Notes: generated by a model not told the origin, from the sequence alone. A stretch of 64,000 nt of DNA from an uncultured virus (IMG/VR IMGVR_UViG_3300025882_000423) (IMGVR_UViG_3300025882_000423), one strand, 5' to 3'. Shown: positions 39,547-50,041, counted from the stretch's first letter. Numbers and translations: made by a program.

Positions 39547-40344
39547 TTATAAACCTAGACGATACGCAACAGTAATGCGCCAGATCACACCAGTTGTGGC
39601 TGGTGCCACCACTGTGGTATTAGTACCAATTGCGGTAGCGGCCATACCTTGCGACCCAAAATCCATTTCACGCACTACATCTGAACCTTGAGCCTCTGCC
39701 CCCGCCGGAAAGTTAATCACGGGTGATCCCGGTACATTGGTTGTTGTTAATAACACAGGTGCAGCAGCTGCGGTTAAGGCGGCAGCATTAAACTTAACAA
39801 CCTGTACAAAATCAATATAGTGTCGCAGCCCAGCCACCAATGGCACAGTTGCGGTGACCGCTGCACCTGATACACCCGTGGCTGTTACTAGCAAGGTTGC
39901 TGATTTTTGATCTCGCACATAAGGGCTGAGCGCTTGTCTATCATCTGCGTTGATTGTGACATCAAGTGTGCCAGCAGCGTATACGCTTAAACGCACGCGC
40001 ACTTTTTTTAGCTGAGCCACGCATACCGATAATACTCTACGCACTGATGCAGCATTCACAGCTTCTAGCAGCAAGGGCTGTGCCGCTAGAGGTATAGTGC
40101 CAGCGTTGCAAAATTGCGGAATCGGAAAAGCCAACAGCGCGCCATATGTTAAGCCATCTACAGAGCCTTCAATCACATATGTTGCATTGAGCGTGCCGCC
40201 GCCGCCATCTAAAAATATAGTTGCGCTCTCATCACCATTCACATCAAGCACCACTTCTGAGTTGATGCCAGAAATAGAGCCAAACTCACTTCTCTGCTCA
40301 AAATGTGGCATAAAATCGCCAAGTAGATTTCTCAATATGCTCAT
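39547..40344 (-). CDS. hypothetical beta-rich virion protein
   Basis: Inserted between the tube and chaperone genes; IEGSVDG.TY motif. Confidence 0.6.
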   Translation of the reverse strand: MSILRNLLGDFMPHFEQRSEFGSISGINSEVVLDVNGDESATIFLDGGGGTLNATYVIEGSVDGLTYGALLAFPIPQFCNAGTIPLAAQPLLLEAVNAASVRRVLSVCVAQLKKVRVRLSVYAAGTLDVTINADDRQALSPYVRDQKSATLLVTATGVSGAAVTATVPLVAGLRHYIDFVQVVKFNAAALTAAAAPVLLTTTNVPGSPVINFPAGAEAQGSDVVREMDFGSQGMAATAIGTNTTVVAPATTGVIWRITVAYRLGL

Positions 40345-40353
40345 ATGTTTGCC

Positions 40354-41022
40354 TTAGTTAAGTATTTTGTATGCCACTTTAAAGTCACCTACGATTGGGC
40401 CTTGGGCGGTTAAGTGAAAATCAATGCTGCCATTGTTGGCTTGTGCATTAATTTGATAGTCTGCGAGATCATCTAAGTCATGGTCATCGTTTAGTAGGAG
40501 TTGTGCGTCAATAATATTCACGCTGGTTACCGCTGCATCAATACTATTAATTGTGCATTCGACATATTTTGCGGGTGAAATATTGAGTGTCACTATTGTG
40601 TGAGCTATAAAACCCGTGTCACCTTTTAATCCTTGCGCACCAGTTAAGCCTTGAGGACCCTGTGGGCCAGTGTTACCAGTGTCACCTTTTAAGCCCTGTG
40701 GACCTTGTGGTCCCGTATCGCCAGTGTCACCTTTTAAGCCTTGCGCACCAGTTAAGCCTTGAGGACCCTGTGGGCCAGTGTTACCAGTGTCACCTTTTAA
40801 ACCCTGTGGCCCTTGATCACCAGTGTCACCTTTTAAGCCTTGCGCACCAGTTAAGCCTTGTGGACCCTGTGGACCAGTGTCACCTTTTACCCCATGTTTA
40901 CCAACATTAATGCTGGTGACTCGGTTTGTACTGCTGCCAGCATTGCGTACAGTGAGCGTGCTGTGTTTACCGATTATTTTGCTCACGCGTACTGGCTGTG
41001 ACTTTTTAATAACGGTAATCAT
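40354..41022 (-). CDS. collagen-like (Gly-X-Y) fibre protein
   Basis: About 30 GXY triplets with DNA-level repeats at ~40618-40890. Confidence 0.9.
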   Translation of the reverse strand: MITVIKKSQPVRVSKIIGKHSTLTVRNAGSSTNRVTSINVGKHGVKGDTGPQGPQGLTGAQGLKGDTGDQGPQGLKGDTGNTGPQGPQGLTGAQGLKGDTGDTGPQGPQGLKGDTGNTGPQGPQGLTGAQGLKGDTGFIAHTIVTLNISPAKYVECTINSIDAAVTSVNIIDAQLLLNDDHDLDDLADYQINAQANNGSIDFHLTAQGPIVGDFKVAYKILN

Positions 41023-41345
41023 GGTGTGCGGCGTGTATAGGTTTTAACCAGCTTGATACTAAATGCTTCGGTGTAGATCGGTGCGGCGTTAATAGTGTAA
41101 ACAAGGTCTGCAAAATAATCACCTAGCGGCAGCGCTTCTGTATCGAGCGCGGGGGTTAGTGTGTATTGCCCTAGTGCAGCGTTGGTGATAGTGCCAACAA
41201 ATTGATGCACGGCGTTGCCGTTTTTATCGACTACATCAGCCTTAATGGTAACACCAACCAATGAGGCAGGTGTTTTACCGTCTGCCTCAAAGTATTCTAC
41301 CGTGGGCGAAAATAACTCACCGCGCTTGACCTCGACCACTTGCAT
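41019..41345 (-). CDS. Ig-like/BppU-N-like adaptor protein
   Basis: [24 protein letters not shown]; precedes the collagen gene. Confidence 0.55.
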   Translation of the reverse strand: MQVVEVKRGELFSPTVEYFEADGKTPASLVGVTIKADVVDKNGNAVHQFVGTITNAALGQYTLTPALDTEALPLGDYFADLVYTINAAPIYTEAFSIKLVKTYTRRTP

Positions 41346-41707
41346 TAGGCAATTTTCTCGCTAGTGTTAGCCATGATGCTAATTTTGCTCTCACCATTTT
41401 CAACGCCAACAGCATCCGTCACAAAGGCTTGGCTAAGCATATGCACGCTACCATCGGCTAGACGCACTGTGACATCTTCGTCTTTGATAGCATTGAGAGC
41501 CACTACATCTACCGCACTTAGCAAGTTGATATTTAGATCAAGCTTGGCTGGTGTGCTGGTTTCAATGTAACCACCATCGGCAGCAAGGCGGCCACCTTTA
41601 TGCTCGCGCTTGGTGCCGCTTGGTGTGAATGAGCCGGGGTTTTCTGCCAGTGGCAACTTACCAATGCTTGGTACGCTTACCGTGCGGATATTATAAATTT
41701 GTGCCAT
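41345..41707 (-). CDS. tail tube protein
   Basis: 120 aa directly after the sheath gene. Confidence 0.8.
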   Translation of the reverse strand: MAQIYNIRTVSVPSIGKLPLAENPGSFTPSGTKREHKGGRLAADGGYIETSTPAKLDLNINLLSAVDVVALNAIKDEDVTVRLADGSVHMLSQAFVTDAVGVENGESKISIMANTSEKIA

Positions 41708-41748
41708 GATTGAATGCCTTTTAAATAATGTTTAAAGTATGTTTAAAC

Positions 41749-43218
41749 TTAAACCAACGGTACTGCAGTGCGGAACTGGTTAATACCCGCAATGTTGTAG
41801 AATGGGCTTAAGAACACGGGCGTATCAAAGAAGTCAAAGCGGCTTTGGTTATCGCTATTTTGTTGAACGATTAAAGTCGATTTGTAATAGTCTTTGTTTT
41901 GGCACCAGCCAAGGTCGTAGCAGAACTTATGCTCGTACAAGCTGAGTAATTTGATTTTAACGCTGTCTTCAGTGGTGATACGCAGACCAGGACGATAGCC
42001 TTCATCATTTTTAGCTGCAGCTGTGCCAACAAAAGCTTTGGCCAACTCAATGCGTTGGGTGTAGCGATAACGCTCTTGACGCTCTGCAGCGTTAATATCA
42101 AGCCAAGCGCTATCGGCGCTGCCATCTGGCCGCACCTGGTACATTGAGATTAAGCGCTTAATGTAGCAGCTACCATCTTTTGCCACTTCCATAATCGACA
42201 TGCCCTTAAACAGCAAGCTGTTGGCTTGTGTCCAAGTAAAGTAGCTCAAGCCAATCAAGCCGGGCAATGCAATGCCTTCAAGACTTGTAACAGGGTTGTT
42301 GTAAAGTTTTGGAGCAGCTGCAGCTGCTAAAATCGCAGCAGATTCCCATGTGGATTTTGGGTTGATGCCTAAAGCTAGATCGCAAATGTGCTCATAGTTT
42401 TTAGTCTCGCCAAAAGCCACTGCGCCTGCATAGTCACCACGGTAAGTTGTGAATAAACGGAAGCCTGCTTGAATAGGCGGTTGATAACGACGGCGTTGTT
42501 CTGTATGCCATGCGGCCAGTGTTGCAGCATCACTAAAGCCTAATGCAACATAACGGTACCAGAACGTGCCAAGGATTGTTTCAAGATCACCTAATGCTGG
42601 ATTACCGGCACCGCCAGTAAAGCCAGCAATGGCTACCACTAAGCTGGTAGGTGTTAACTCGCCATAAATATTGGTGCGCAAATCAATATCGTTGCCGCAA
42701 GTGCCTTTGTGTTTTGCTGTTAATGTGACCACTGCAGCTACAGCTGCGGCGGTGCATGGTACGTTAGCATCTGCATTAATAGCAGCTGTAATAGCCGTGG
42801 CAATTTGCGCAAGCGTCATGCTGCTAGTGACACCCACTTCAATTTTGTGGCCAGCGATATAGAGCGTGTAAACGCCACTGGCTGTTGCTACTGCGGTAGC
42901 TGTAAGCGTAGCTGTGGCTTGTACGCCTGCGGCGTTATCAGCGTACGGCAGCATGAATAGATCAAACACTTGATCCACCTTGCGATAAGCCTCTGCCATT
43001 TGGTGCAGCATAGAGCCTGCGCCTGCTTTGGTTTTAGCGTCTTCCACACTGCTGATACGTGTAATTTCACCCGCTGGTGCTGTGCCTGTGGCTAGTTTTT
43101 GGCCAACTAACAACATTGTGGGGATGGTGTCACCCAAGCCCGCTTGTGAACCGTCAATCTCAATTTGCACACCAGGATAGCGTAATGCCTCTGGAATGTA
43201 GTCAAATGGTAAACTCAT
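41749..43218 (-). CDS. Mu gpL-like tail sheath
   Basis: FDYIP...PGVQIEID, GAGSMLH.M, TAKHKGTCGN. Confidence 0.92.
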   Translation of the reverse strand: MSLPFDYIPEALRYPGVQIEIDGSQAGLGDTIPTMLLVGQKLATGTAPAGEITRISSVEDAKTKAGAGSMLHQMAEAYRKVDQVFDLFMLPYADNAAGVQATATLTATAVATASGVYTLYIAGHKIEVGVTSSMTLAQIATAITAAINADANVPCTAAAVAAVVTLTAKHKGTCGNDIDLRTNIYGELTPTSLVVAIAGFTGGAGNPALGDLETILGTFWYRYVALGFSDAATLAAWHTEQRRRYQPPIQAGFRLFTTYRGDYAGAVAFGETKNYEHICDLALGINPKSTWESAAILAAAAAPKLYNNPVTSLEGIALPGLIGLSYFTWTQANSLLFKGMSIMEVAKDGSCYIKRLISMYQVRPDGSADSAWLDINAAERQERYRYTQRIELAKAFVGTAAAKNDEGYRPGLRITTEDSVKIKLLSLYEHKFCYDLGWCQNKDYYKSTLIVQQNSDNQSRFDFFDTPVFLSPFYNIAGINQFRTAVPLV

Positions 43219-43703
43219 GCTAATTTCTCCTGATATTCCGCTTTTTCAAATGGCGGTGGGTCTGGTAAATAATTGGTAATTTCTGCAACAAAGCTGTAAG
43301 TGTCTGCCCAGTAGATATCGCCCTCGGCATATTGCAGCACGCGCCCGCCATCGTAGTTAATGGCTTTGGTATCATCATGCGGGTAGCTGCCAAGCAGCTC
43401 AGTTTTAACTGCTTTGCGATATTGCAATAGCAAGTCGTCTGTTTCGCCCGGTGTGTGCACACGGGCATTTTCAATGGCAATCACCACATCAAAAGTGACT
43501 GTGATCTCTTCACGACGCTCGCCCAGGTGTTTGCTTTTTTCATTGGCACGCACCACCCAAGCAGCTGGCAATGGCAAAGCATCTGGGCGAATTTGCGCAT
43601 ACTCTGCAGCGCCTGCCACTTGCCTAAACCATAACGCATTAAAGCTTGGTGGCTTATGCTCAAGCTGTTGAATGATGGGCGTGAGGGATAGCATTATTGC
43701 CAT
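43215..43703 (-). CDS. Mu gp37-like tail terminator
   Basis: QVAGAAE, LPAAWV; position. Confidence 0.7.
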   Translation of the reverse strand: MAIMLSLTPIIQQLEHKPPSFNALWFRQVAGAAEYAQIRPDALPLPAAWVVRANEKSKHLGERREEITVTFDVVIAIENARVHTPGETDDLLLQYRKAVKTELLGSYPHDDTKAINYDGGRVLQYAEGDIYWADTYSFVAEITNYLPDPPPFEKAEYQEKLA

Positions 43704-44233
43704 ACCTCATCAAAAGGCTGGTCTATCGGTTGATCTAGCGTAAATTCGTTATCGACATCTGAGTTAACGCGGTAGCGCCCAGTGTTGCTGGTGATGGTAA
43801 TCACATCGCCCACAATTGGTGTGGCGGTAGGGTCAGCGGGTATAAGGTTAATCTCACCACGTGCGTGAGATTTAAGCGTTGCAATTGCGCCATCATAAGC
43901 ACGTTGTACATCATCTGTCATGCGCTCTGCGCCTTGCAAATAGTAAAGCGCAATAGTTGAGGTTAAGCGCGCCAGCAAAGTTGTTTGTACCGTGGCTGGT
44001 ATGCCGTAGGTTAAAATTAAAGCATTAGCATCTGCCAGCGCTTTATCAATGGCATCTAGGCCTAATTCAATCGCATCTTGATCTGCTTGCGTAAAGTCAC
44101 CCATAGTACCGCCACTTATTGCAACACGTAGCGCATCATCTGGCGGCATGGCAATATCGGCGGGTATGGCGAGCTGTGCTAAACGACGTGCGTTTGAGCG
44201 TGCAAGCAGATCTATGCGGGTAGCGAAAGGCAT
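43694..44233 (-). CDS. Mu gp36-like head completion protein
   Basis: AIDKALADA, IALYYL, YDGAIATLK. Confidence 0.8.
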   Translation of the reverse strand: MPFATRIDLLARSNARRLAQLAIPADIAMPPDDALRVAISGGTMGDFTQADQDAIELGLDAIDKALADANALILTYGIPATVQTTLLARLTSTIALYYLQGAERMTDDVQRAYDGAIATLKSHARGEINLIPADPTATPIVGDVITITSNTGRYRVNSDVDNEFTLDQPIDQPFDEVWQ

Positions 44234-44239
44234 GACAGA

Positions 44240-44638
44240 TTATTTGCCTTTTGCTTTAGCCGTTGCTTTTTTAGCAGCTGCAGCTGGTGCAGGTGCTGGA
44301 TCGGCTGGTGCTTGTTCAGCTGGTGCTGGTGCTTGTTCAGCTGGTGCTGGTGCTTGTTCAGCTGGTGCTGGTGCTGGATCGGCTGGTGCATCTGCATGGT
44401 TGCCGTCATCACCACCGGTGTTACCTGTGTCATCATCATTGTCACCCGTATCACCAGTGGCGCCGCCGGCTTCACCTGCCCCTACAACTTCAACTTCTAG
44501 CATTTGCTCTTCAAGCAAGCGTGTTGCTGTGGCATCATCCACCTCAACTTCTTTTGCTTCGTCGGTAAATTCAATACCACAGCGATAAAACTGTTTTGCA
44601 CCAGATTTTGGGGCTACACGTACATTTAAAATTGGCAT
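44240..44638 (-). CDS. HI1506-like protein with Pro/Ala-rich repeat tail
   Basis: FYRCGIEF...L.V; PAEQAPA repeats encoded by 21-nt tandem repeats. Confidence 0.7.
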   Translation of the reverse strand: MPILNVRVAPKSGAKQFYRCGIEFTDEAKEVEVDDATATRLLEEQMLEVEVVGAGEAGGATGDTGDNDDDTGNTGGDDGNHADAPADPAPAPAEQAPAPAEQAPAPAEQAPADPAPAPAAAAKKATAKAKGK

Positions 44639-44698
44639 TGCAGATTCTCCTAAACTTTAGTTAAAACATGAGGCTCAATGCTGAGCCTCATATGTTGG

Positions 44699-45613
44699 TT
44701 AAGCCAATAGCGGCGTTACAATCACTTTTACGCGGTTGTAAAGCGCATTGTCTGCGCCATTTGCCAAGGTTTTAACCGTGATTAAGTTTTCTGCTGCAAC
44801 ACGGTTAGCTGGGCCAACTACAATGGTGTCTGGGATGATATTAAGCGGACGGTTGCCATCGGCTTTAATTTGCATCATCGCGTTGTAGCCAAGGTTAAAG
44901 TTTGTTGCATCTAATGCAGCTTTAGAGCCATATGCTAACTGCCAGAAACCATAGGCAGCTTCACCACGCCAACGGCCACCCCAGCTGAACACATCGGTGT
45001 TATACACCGTGTCAGAGTCAGTGTTAGTTTGGCTATATAGTTCGGCATTAGTACGCTCTTGCAAGTAAAACGCCTGTGGAGCGCGTTTTGTGCAAAGCAA
45101 TACCCAAGGCTCTAATGCGCCCGCTTGCATATTGCTTACAGTTGCCGCTGTACCTGAGCCATCTTCGTTTGGGGCTACTGGGTGATCTGTATCAAAAAAG
45201 AATTGGCCGTCATAACAAATGGTCGAGAATGCTGCTTTAATTGCGCCAAAGATTAAATCGTTTTTCAGATCAACAACAGACTGGCCGAAGCTCTCAGCCA
45301 CGTCGCCATACATTTCAAGGTTGTTATCTTCAAACGCTTCGCGTGGTACATCAAGCGTATTTTCAAACTTGCGGTTTGGCACGGTGTAAGCGCGCTCTTT
45401 AACCGTTTTGTGTAAACGAGAGCCTACCCATTCGCGGAATGCTGGGAATTGTGATAACCATGCGTAAGTGTTGCTGGCACCGCCAGAGCCAATACGCTTG
45501 GCAATTTGTTTCCATGTCTCTTCAGACATGCCCAAGCCTGCATTAAAGCGGGTTTGGATAGTGGTGTTAAACGCATTAATTTGCGCTTGGGTTAAAATTG
45601 TAGCTGCTACCAT
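44699..45613 (-). CDS. Mu gpT major capsid protein
   Basis: YAWL...P.FREWVG, CYDGQFFFDTDHPV, YGFWQLA. Confidence 0.95.
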   Translation of the reverse strand: MVAATILTQAQINAFNTTIQTRFNAGLGMSEETWKQIAKRIGSGGASNTYAWLSQFPAFREWVGSRLHKTVKERAYTVPNRKFENTLDVPREAFEDNNLEMYGDVAESFGQSVVDLKNDLIFGAIKAAFSTICYDGQFFFDTDHPVAPNEDGSGTAATVSNMQAGALEPWVLLCTKRAPQAFYLQERTNAELYSQTNTDSDTVYNTDVFSWGGRWRGEAAYGFWQLAYGSKAALDATNFNLGYNAMMQIKADGNRPLNIIPDTIVVGPANRVAAENLITVKTLANGADNALYNRVKVIVTPLLA

Positions 45614-45646
45614 TTTTGATCTCCTAAAGTGATCTGATTAGTTAAT

Positions 45647-46633
45647 TTAAGCTTGTGCTTGTTGTTTACGTGTTAACTCAGCCTGTTTGGTTTTAGCAAA
45701 CTCTTCAGGCTTCACACCCATGCGCGAACACATCGCCAACTCAGCTTCATCTAAGCCGTGGTTAATATCTTTGTGAGCAGGGTCAGCTTGACGGCCTTGT
45801 GGCACCAACGGTGTGGTGGCTTCCAAGTATTCCGTCAGTGCAGCAAGGTTGAGTTTTTCAGCCCACGCTTTTTGTGCTGGCGCTACACGGCCATCAGTCA
45901 GCGCAGTCTGTAACAAATCTGCATGGGCTTTTTTTTCAGCCGCCAGTGCTGCTTGCGCTTTCTCTTCATCCATTTTTGCTAGCTTGTTGGTTAGCTCGGT
46001 TTTATCTGCTGTGAGCGCAATCACTTGCTCATTGGCTGTTTTTAAATCAGCAGTGAGTTTTGCCATTTGAGTGGTCAGCGCGGCTAACTCGGTGTCTTGT
46101 TTGTTATCGGGCATTGCAATGTCTCCTGTGTAAAAGTCTTGCGTGGATTTGGTAAGGGCAGCCAAAGCTTTAAGGCCATCAAGCGCTGGCGTGTTGGTAA
46201 GGGCGACAGATACGATGTTGACAATCTCGCCAGTTTTAGCGTGGTAGTTAAATACAGCACTGATGTATTTGTATTCTTTGGTGCGAATATGCTCGAGTGC
46301 TGCTTGTGTCCATTCAATGTTGACAGCCCATAGGCCATCATCACGATATTCCATTTGCTTAAACCAACCTGCAGCAATGACTTTTTGACCGTTTTCTTCA
46401 GCACGTAAGCTTTGATGCTCATAGTCAATCAGCGTCATGTTTTTGCGTACTGCCATGACGGCGATAATATTTTTTGCAATAGCGGCTGAAAGCTTAAAAC
46501 TATCGACATTCAGAGGACGGCCATCATCTGGCGTAAAGTCGCCTGCAGGCAGCAAGTGTGCCTCATGATTATTTGGCTCGATGCTGCCATCGAACACAAA
46601 AGACATCGACATTACATTTTGATTTTTAGCCAC
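45647..46633 (-). CDS. Mu gpI protease/scaffold
   Basis: DGRP, IDYEHQS, AAGW, YKYISAVF, ALTNTPAL. Confidence 0.93.
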   Translation of the reverse strand: MAKNQNVMSMSFVFDGSIEPNNHEAHLLPAGDFTPDDGRPLNVDSFKLSAAIAKNIIAVMAVRKNMTLIDYEHQSLRAEENGQKVIAAGWFKQMEYRDDGLWAVNIEWTQAALEHIRTKEYKYISAVFNYHAKTGEIVNIVSVALTNTPALDGLKALAALTKSTQDFYTGDIAMPDNKQDTELAALTTQMAKLTADLKTANEQVIALTADKTELTNKLAKMDEEKAQAALAAEKKAHADLLQTALTDGRVAPAQKAWAEKLNLAALTEYLEATTPLVPQGRQADPAHKDINHGLDEAELAMCSRMGVKPEEFAKTKQAELTRKQQAQA

Positions 46634-46658
46634 TCAATAGCCCTCGGTTAATAAGTGC

Positions 46659-46708
46659 ATTGTGGGCTGTGGCATTAATTAAAATAACATGCGAAATGTT
46701 TCGCGGTG
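46659..46708 (-). promoter_or_regulatory. late promoter with activator dyad (upstream of gpI)
   Basis: CACCGCGAAACATTTCGC-N26-CACAAT. Confidence 0.75.
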
Positions 46709-46850
46709 CCAGAGGGTGGCTTAGATTTGATTTAACGCGTTTTGGCGCGTTTTTGTTTTTGGCTGCGCTAATGATACCAACTCAAAGGTGTTAAACGTTT
46801 GTGGGATTATTTAAACGCATTTTTGCTGGGTATTCGATTGAGTGCTTTGC

Positions 46851-47273
46851 TTAAAATAAGTCAAACTGCCTGTCATCCTCTTCACGGCAGATATTTAAGA
46901 TGTGCCGTGAGGTGAGGCGATAGTTTTTTGCAAGCTTTGATAATGTAGATTTGCTGCGCTCTTTGCGAATTTGCGTATCGCGTACCAGAATAAATAATTT
47001 GTCAGCTTTTGGTAGGCAAATACGATCTGCGCTATCAAGCATATTTGCCAGTGCAATACGCAAGCGCATCAACTCATCATCAGCAAGCCCAAGTGCATAG
47101 CTTTTATGCTTTGGCAAACTCACTAATACGCCACCGTGCGTTGATAAAAAATCACGGGCACGGGCAAAGCCGAGCGCTTTAACAATACCGCGTAATGCAG
47201 GCGGCAAGGTTTTAAGCAGCTCTGGTTCTACATTCGGCCATGTGATTTGATTTGTCATTAACGTGCTGCCCAA
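46851..47273 (-). CDS. Mor/C-family transcription activator
   Basis: RDTQIR...LAKNYRLTSRHILNIC...QFDLF. Confidence 0.85.
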   Translation of the reverse strand: MGSTLMTNQITWPNVEPELLKTLPPALRGIVKALGFARARDFLSTHGGVLVSLPKHKSYALGLADDELMRLRIALANMLDSADRICLPKADKLFILVRDTQIRKERSKSTLSKLAKNYRLTSRHILNICREEDDRQFDLF

Positions 47274-47710
47274 GCTTTGAGTGACTCAATAATCACTGAG
47301 CACTCTTTCAGTGATAGCTCATCTAGGTTATTGACCTGTTTGCCAGTTTGACGGCCACAAAATTTAAGTAGGCTGGCACGGGTGGTAGATTCCACCTTGC
47401 CCGCTTGGCCTAGCTTGGCCCATAATTTAAAAATGTTGGCAATGCGTGGCGGTACATCTTTACGCGTGTTGTTTGCTTTGTCATTAAAGCTGCGCGTGCG
47501 CGGCCAGCCACGTTTTTCATAATCTTCTAGTGCTGCGGCGAGCTGCGGCATATTCATGCTGCTTGCTGAGATACGGCCTTCAATTTCAACTGCGCCATGA
47601 CGGGCGAGTAAATTGCGGTGCAGATCATCGCACCAGCCGGGGAGGTTTTTTTCAGCCCAACTTTTGGCAATGCCAAGCAGCTGGCGGTAATGTTTTATGA
47701 GATCACTCAT
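47258..47710 (-). CDS. GemA (Mu gp16)-like protein
   Basis: IFKLW..L, VIIESLKAW..R; precedes the Mor-like gene. Confidence 0.75.
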   Translation of the reverse strand: MSDLIKHYRQLLGIAKSWAEKNLPGWCDDLHRNLLARHGAVEIEGRISASSMNMPQLAAALEDYEKRGWPRTRSFNDKANNTRKDVPPRIANIFKLWAKLGQAGKVESTTRASLLKFCGRQTGKQVNNLDELSLKECSVIIESLKAWAAR

Positions 47711-47967
47711 GGCTGACCTATTGCTCCTGATGTTGTGCGATCTAATCCGTTCTGAATGGCATTTTCGTGAGGCTCAATTGTTTCTTCAATCATATGCAGA
47801 TCAATATCCAATACTTCACACCAGACCTCACTAGGACTTTCTACTTTAGCGAACTGGTTCCAATATCTATTTACACTATAATATCTACCTAGAAATATCA
47901 GTCTTTCTGACTGTCCTATCCAATTGTACTTACCACCGATTTTCATTTTTACTCTCCTGAAAATCAT
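47707..47967 (-). CDS. AT-rich hypothetical protein
   Basis: Likely start MKIGG after AGGAG; 14-bp hairpin at 47960-47993 upstream. Confidence 0.6.
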   Translation of the reverse strand: MIFRRVKMKIGGKYNWIGQSERLIFLGRYYSVNRYWNQFAKVESPSEVWCEVLDIDLHMIEETIEPHENAIQNGLDRTTSGAIGQP

Positions 47968-48026
47968 CTTGTTAACATCAACAAGATGATTTTTTATTAA
48001 ATTGCTCAGTATTAAGTTGCTTAGGT

Positions 48027-48305
48027 TTAGCCTGCGTTAACTGCATCCTTAAGCGCTTTAGCAGCACTAAAGCCGGGCACATTTTTGGCGGGGATTTGAA
48101 TTGCCTCGCCTGTTTGCGGGTTGCGGCCAGTGCGTGCTTTACGTTGGCTAACTTTTAGCTTGCCTAGGCCGTGTAATGTGACTTCATTGCCTTTGGCTAA
48201 CTCATGTTGGGTAACCGTTGTTAATGCTTCTAGCACGCGCTCTGCATCAGCTTTGGTAGTGCCTGATGCGTTTGCTACGGCGTCAATTAAATCTTGTTTA
48301 TTCAT
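48027..48305 (-). CDS. phage-encoded HU family protein
   Basis: MNKQDLI, RKARTGRNPQTG. Confidence 0.93.
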   Translation of the reverse strand: MNKQDLIDAVANASGTTKADAERVLEALTTVTQHELAKGNEVTLHGLGKLKVSQRKARTGRNPQTGEAIQIPAKNVPGFSAAKALKDAVNAG

Positions 48306-48457
48306 GGTTTAAATCCTTTTAAAATGTAAAAAATGTTTGTTTTAAGTTGACCGCGCCCGCTGTTTGGATGACGCGCCCGAAGGCGTGGAGGTCAAACAAG
48401 CGTCACGGTCTGCTGCGGTTATATCCCCACTCACAGCTTGGGTTGTGGATCAACAAT

Positions 48458-48706
48458 CTACTTTTTCATCCATTTATCGTGCGCCCACATGCTGGCTATA
48501 ATGGCAAATGGCCCTGCGCTTAAATAAGCGCTCATTTCAAAAAAGCCCGCCTGTGGTACGGTTTTAAATAGCACTAAGTTGCTGGTGCCGATTAAGAAGC
48601 TGGTAAAGAATGCAGCAAAGTAATGGCCACGGTTAACATTCATGCTCTGAAAACCGAGCGCAAATACCAGGACGAAAGTGCTACCAAAAATAAGTGCGGC
48701 TTCCAT
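48458..48706 (-). CDS. small membrane protein
   Basis: Three hydrophobic segments; GGAGG RBS before MEAAL. Confidence 0.65.
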   Translation of the reverse strand: MEAALIFGSTFVLVFALGFQSMNVNRGHYFAAFFTSFLIGTSNLVLFKTVPQAGFFEMSAYLSAGPFAIIASMWAHDKWMKK

Positions 48707-48927
48707 TAAATATCCTCCGCGCTGCGAGGTACAAAGCTGGCACATACCGCGTTTACTTGTGTAGAGAATCTGCCAAGACTGCAAAATGCACCGTGGTTTT
48801 TGTCAATGCTTCCGCAATCACCACACTTTTGTACTAAGCCTTTTTTATTGCGCTCTTGTGGACTAAGCCATTCACGCTTAAAGCGCACTTGCTCTGTCCA
48901 TGTGCCAGATTGATCAGCTTTCATCAC
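48706..48927 (-). CDS. Cys-rich hypothetical protein
   Basis: CGDC...C...C; coupled to neighbours. Confidence 0.6.
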   Translation of the reverse strand: MMKADQSGTWTEQVRFKREWLSPQERNKKGLVQKCGDCGSIDKNHGAFCSLGRFSTQVNAVCASFVPRSAEDI

Positions 48928-49535
48928 ACGCTCGCAATATCTAAGCTAATGGGAGTGTATTCATCACTGTCACCCACACGCTTGTAAATGCGCACATAAG
49001 CTTTGGTGCCAGCCACGCGCAGGCTATCTGATATGGCATCCATCGCTTGATGCCAGTCTCTATCTTCAATTTTGTGTTGACGCAGGCTCAGCACTTTGGT
49101 GGTACTAATCTTGCCTTCTTTATCTACTTCAAATGCGCCATTAACCAACACGCGAATATTGTCGTTGATGCCTTCAGCCCAGCGATTGATGCACTCGTCA
49201 ATCAAGTGCTTTGCCGCTTGCAGGCGCTCATCAAACACCAAGTTTTCAGCATAAGCGCGCTGTATTTTGTAGCGGCCATCGTAGCTGGTGAGGGTGACAT
49301 TGCCTTTGTTGCCACCCAGCTTGGCGCCATATTGCTCACCGCTGATCTGCACAAAGGCGGCAATGTTGCCAAAAACATTGTCTTTGTAAGCTTTAATCAA
49401 CTCGTGCAGCTCAATGGCTTCAAGCACAATTTCATTGACTAAGTTGTCACGCATCAAGTCGATTTCTTTAATTTTGCTAATTGGCACTAAATTGCCTTTT
49501 GCATCTTCTCTGTAGCCTTCTGGTATTGCGGTCAT
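48924..49535 (-). CDS. DUF3164-like Mu-type early protein
   Basis: DAKGNLVP, GGNKGNVTL.SYDG, FDERLQAAK.LIDEC. Confidence 0.85.
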   Translation of the reverse strand: MTAIPEGYREDAKGNLVPISKIKEIDLMRDNLVNEIVLEAIELHELIKAYKDNVFGNIAAFVQISGEQYGAKLGGNKGNVTLTSYDGRYKIQRAYAENLVFDERLQAAKHLIDECINRWAEGINDNIRVLVNGAFEVDKEGKISTTKVLSLRQHKIEDRDWHQAMDAISDSLRVAGTKAYVRIYKRVGDSDEYTPISLDIASV

Positions 49536-50041
49536 TTTGTTTCTCCTAGGTTGGTTAATTTTTTAAGGGTTGCTTTTAAGTTCACGGGTGCATCTTTTTT
49601 AATCTGCTTGGCTGTGTGCACCTCGCCATATTTGCGGCCTTGCTCTTGTTGACGCTCGGCTTGAGTTGCGGCTTTCTCAGCCATGCCTGCAATAATCTCA
49701 AGCAAGTAGCCGTGGCTTTTAATCGGTAAGCTGAGCTTGTCACGGCTGGCCAACATAGTTTCAATCGCTTGCTGCCAATAAGCTTGCGGTGCGGCGTAAA
49801 TAGTGCCGCTGCGTGTGATTTGGCCTGACTTAATCATGGGTACCAACTCATCGAGCAGCTTTGCCAATTTGCTCATGCTGATAGCGTGCTTGGCTGGCTT
49901 AAAGAGCTGCACGTAGCGAATAAGAAAGCTGCCAATTTCAGTGAGCTCAAACGCACGCACTACCGCCTGACGCGCTGCCACATCATTGAGTGCAGATTCA
50001 AGCGGGTATTCAGCTTGGCAAATTGGGCAGACGAGTTTCAC
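49532..50041 (-). CDS. Mu-like conserved hypothetical protein
   Basis: CPIC N-terminus, LPIKSHGYLLEI. Confidence 0.75.
   Translation of the reverse strand: MKLVCPICQAEYPLESALNDVAARQAVVRAFELTEIGSFLIRYVQLFKPAKHAISMSKLAKLLDELVPMIKSGQITRSGTIYAAPQAYWQQAIETMLASRDKLSLPIKSHGYLLEIIAGMAEKAATQAERQQEQGRKYGEVHTAKQIKKDAPVNLKATLKKLTNLGETK

Noticed and set aside
44148..44588. Repetitive + strand ORFs (e.g. WCWCLFS repeats)
   Set aside because: Alternative frames of the 21-nt repeats within the HI1506-like gene.
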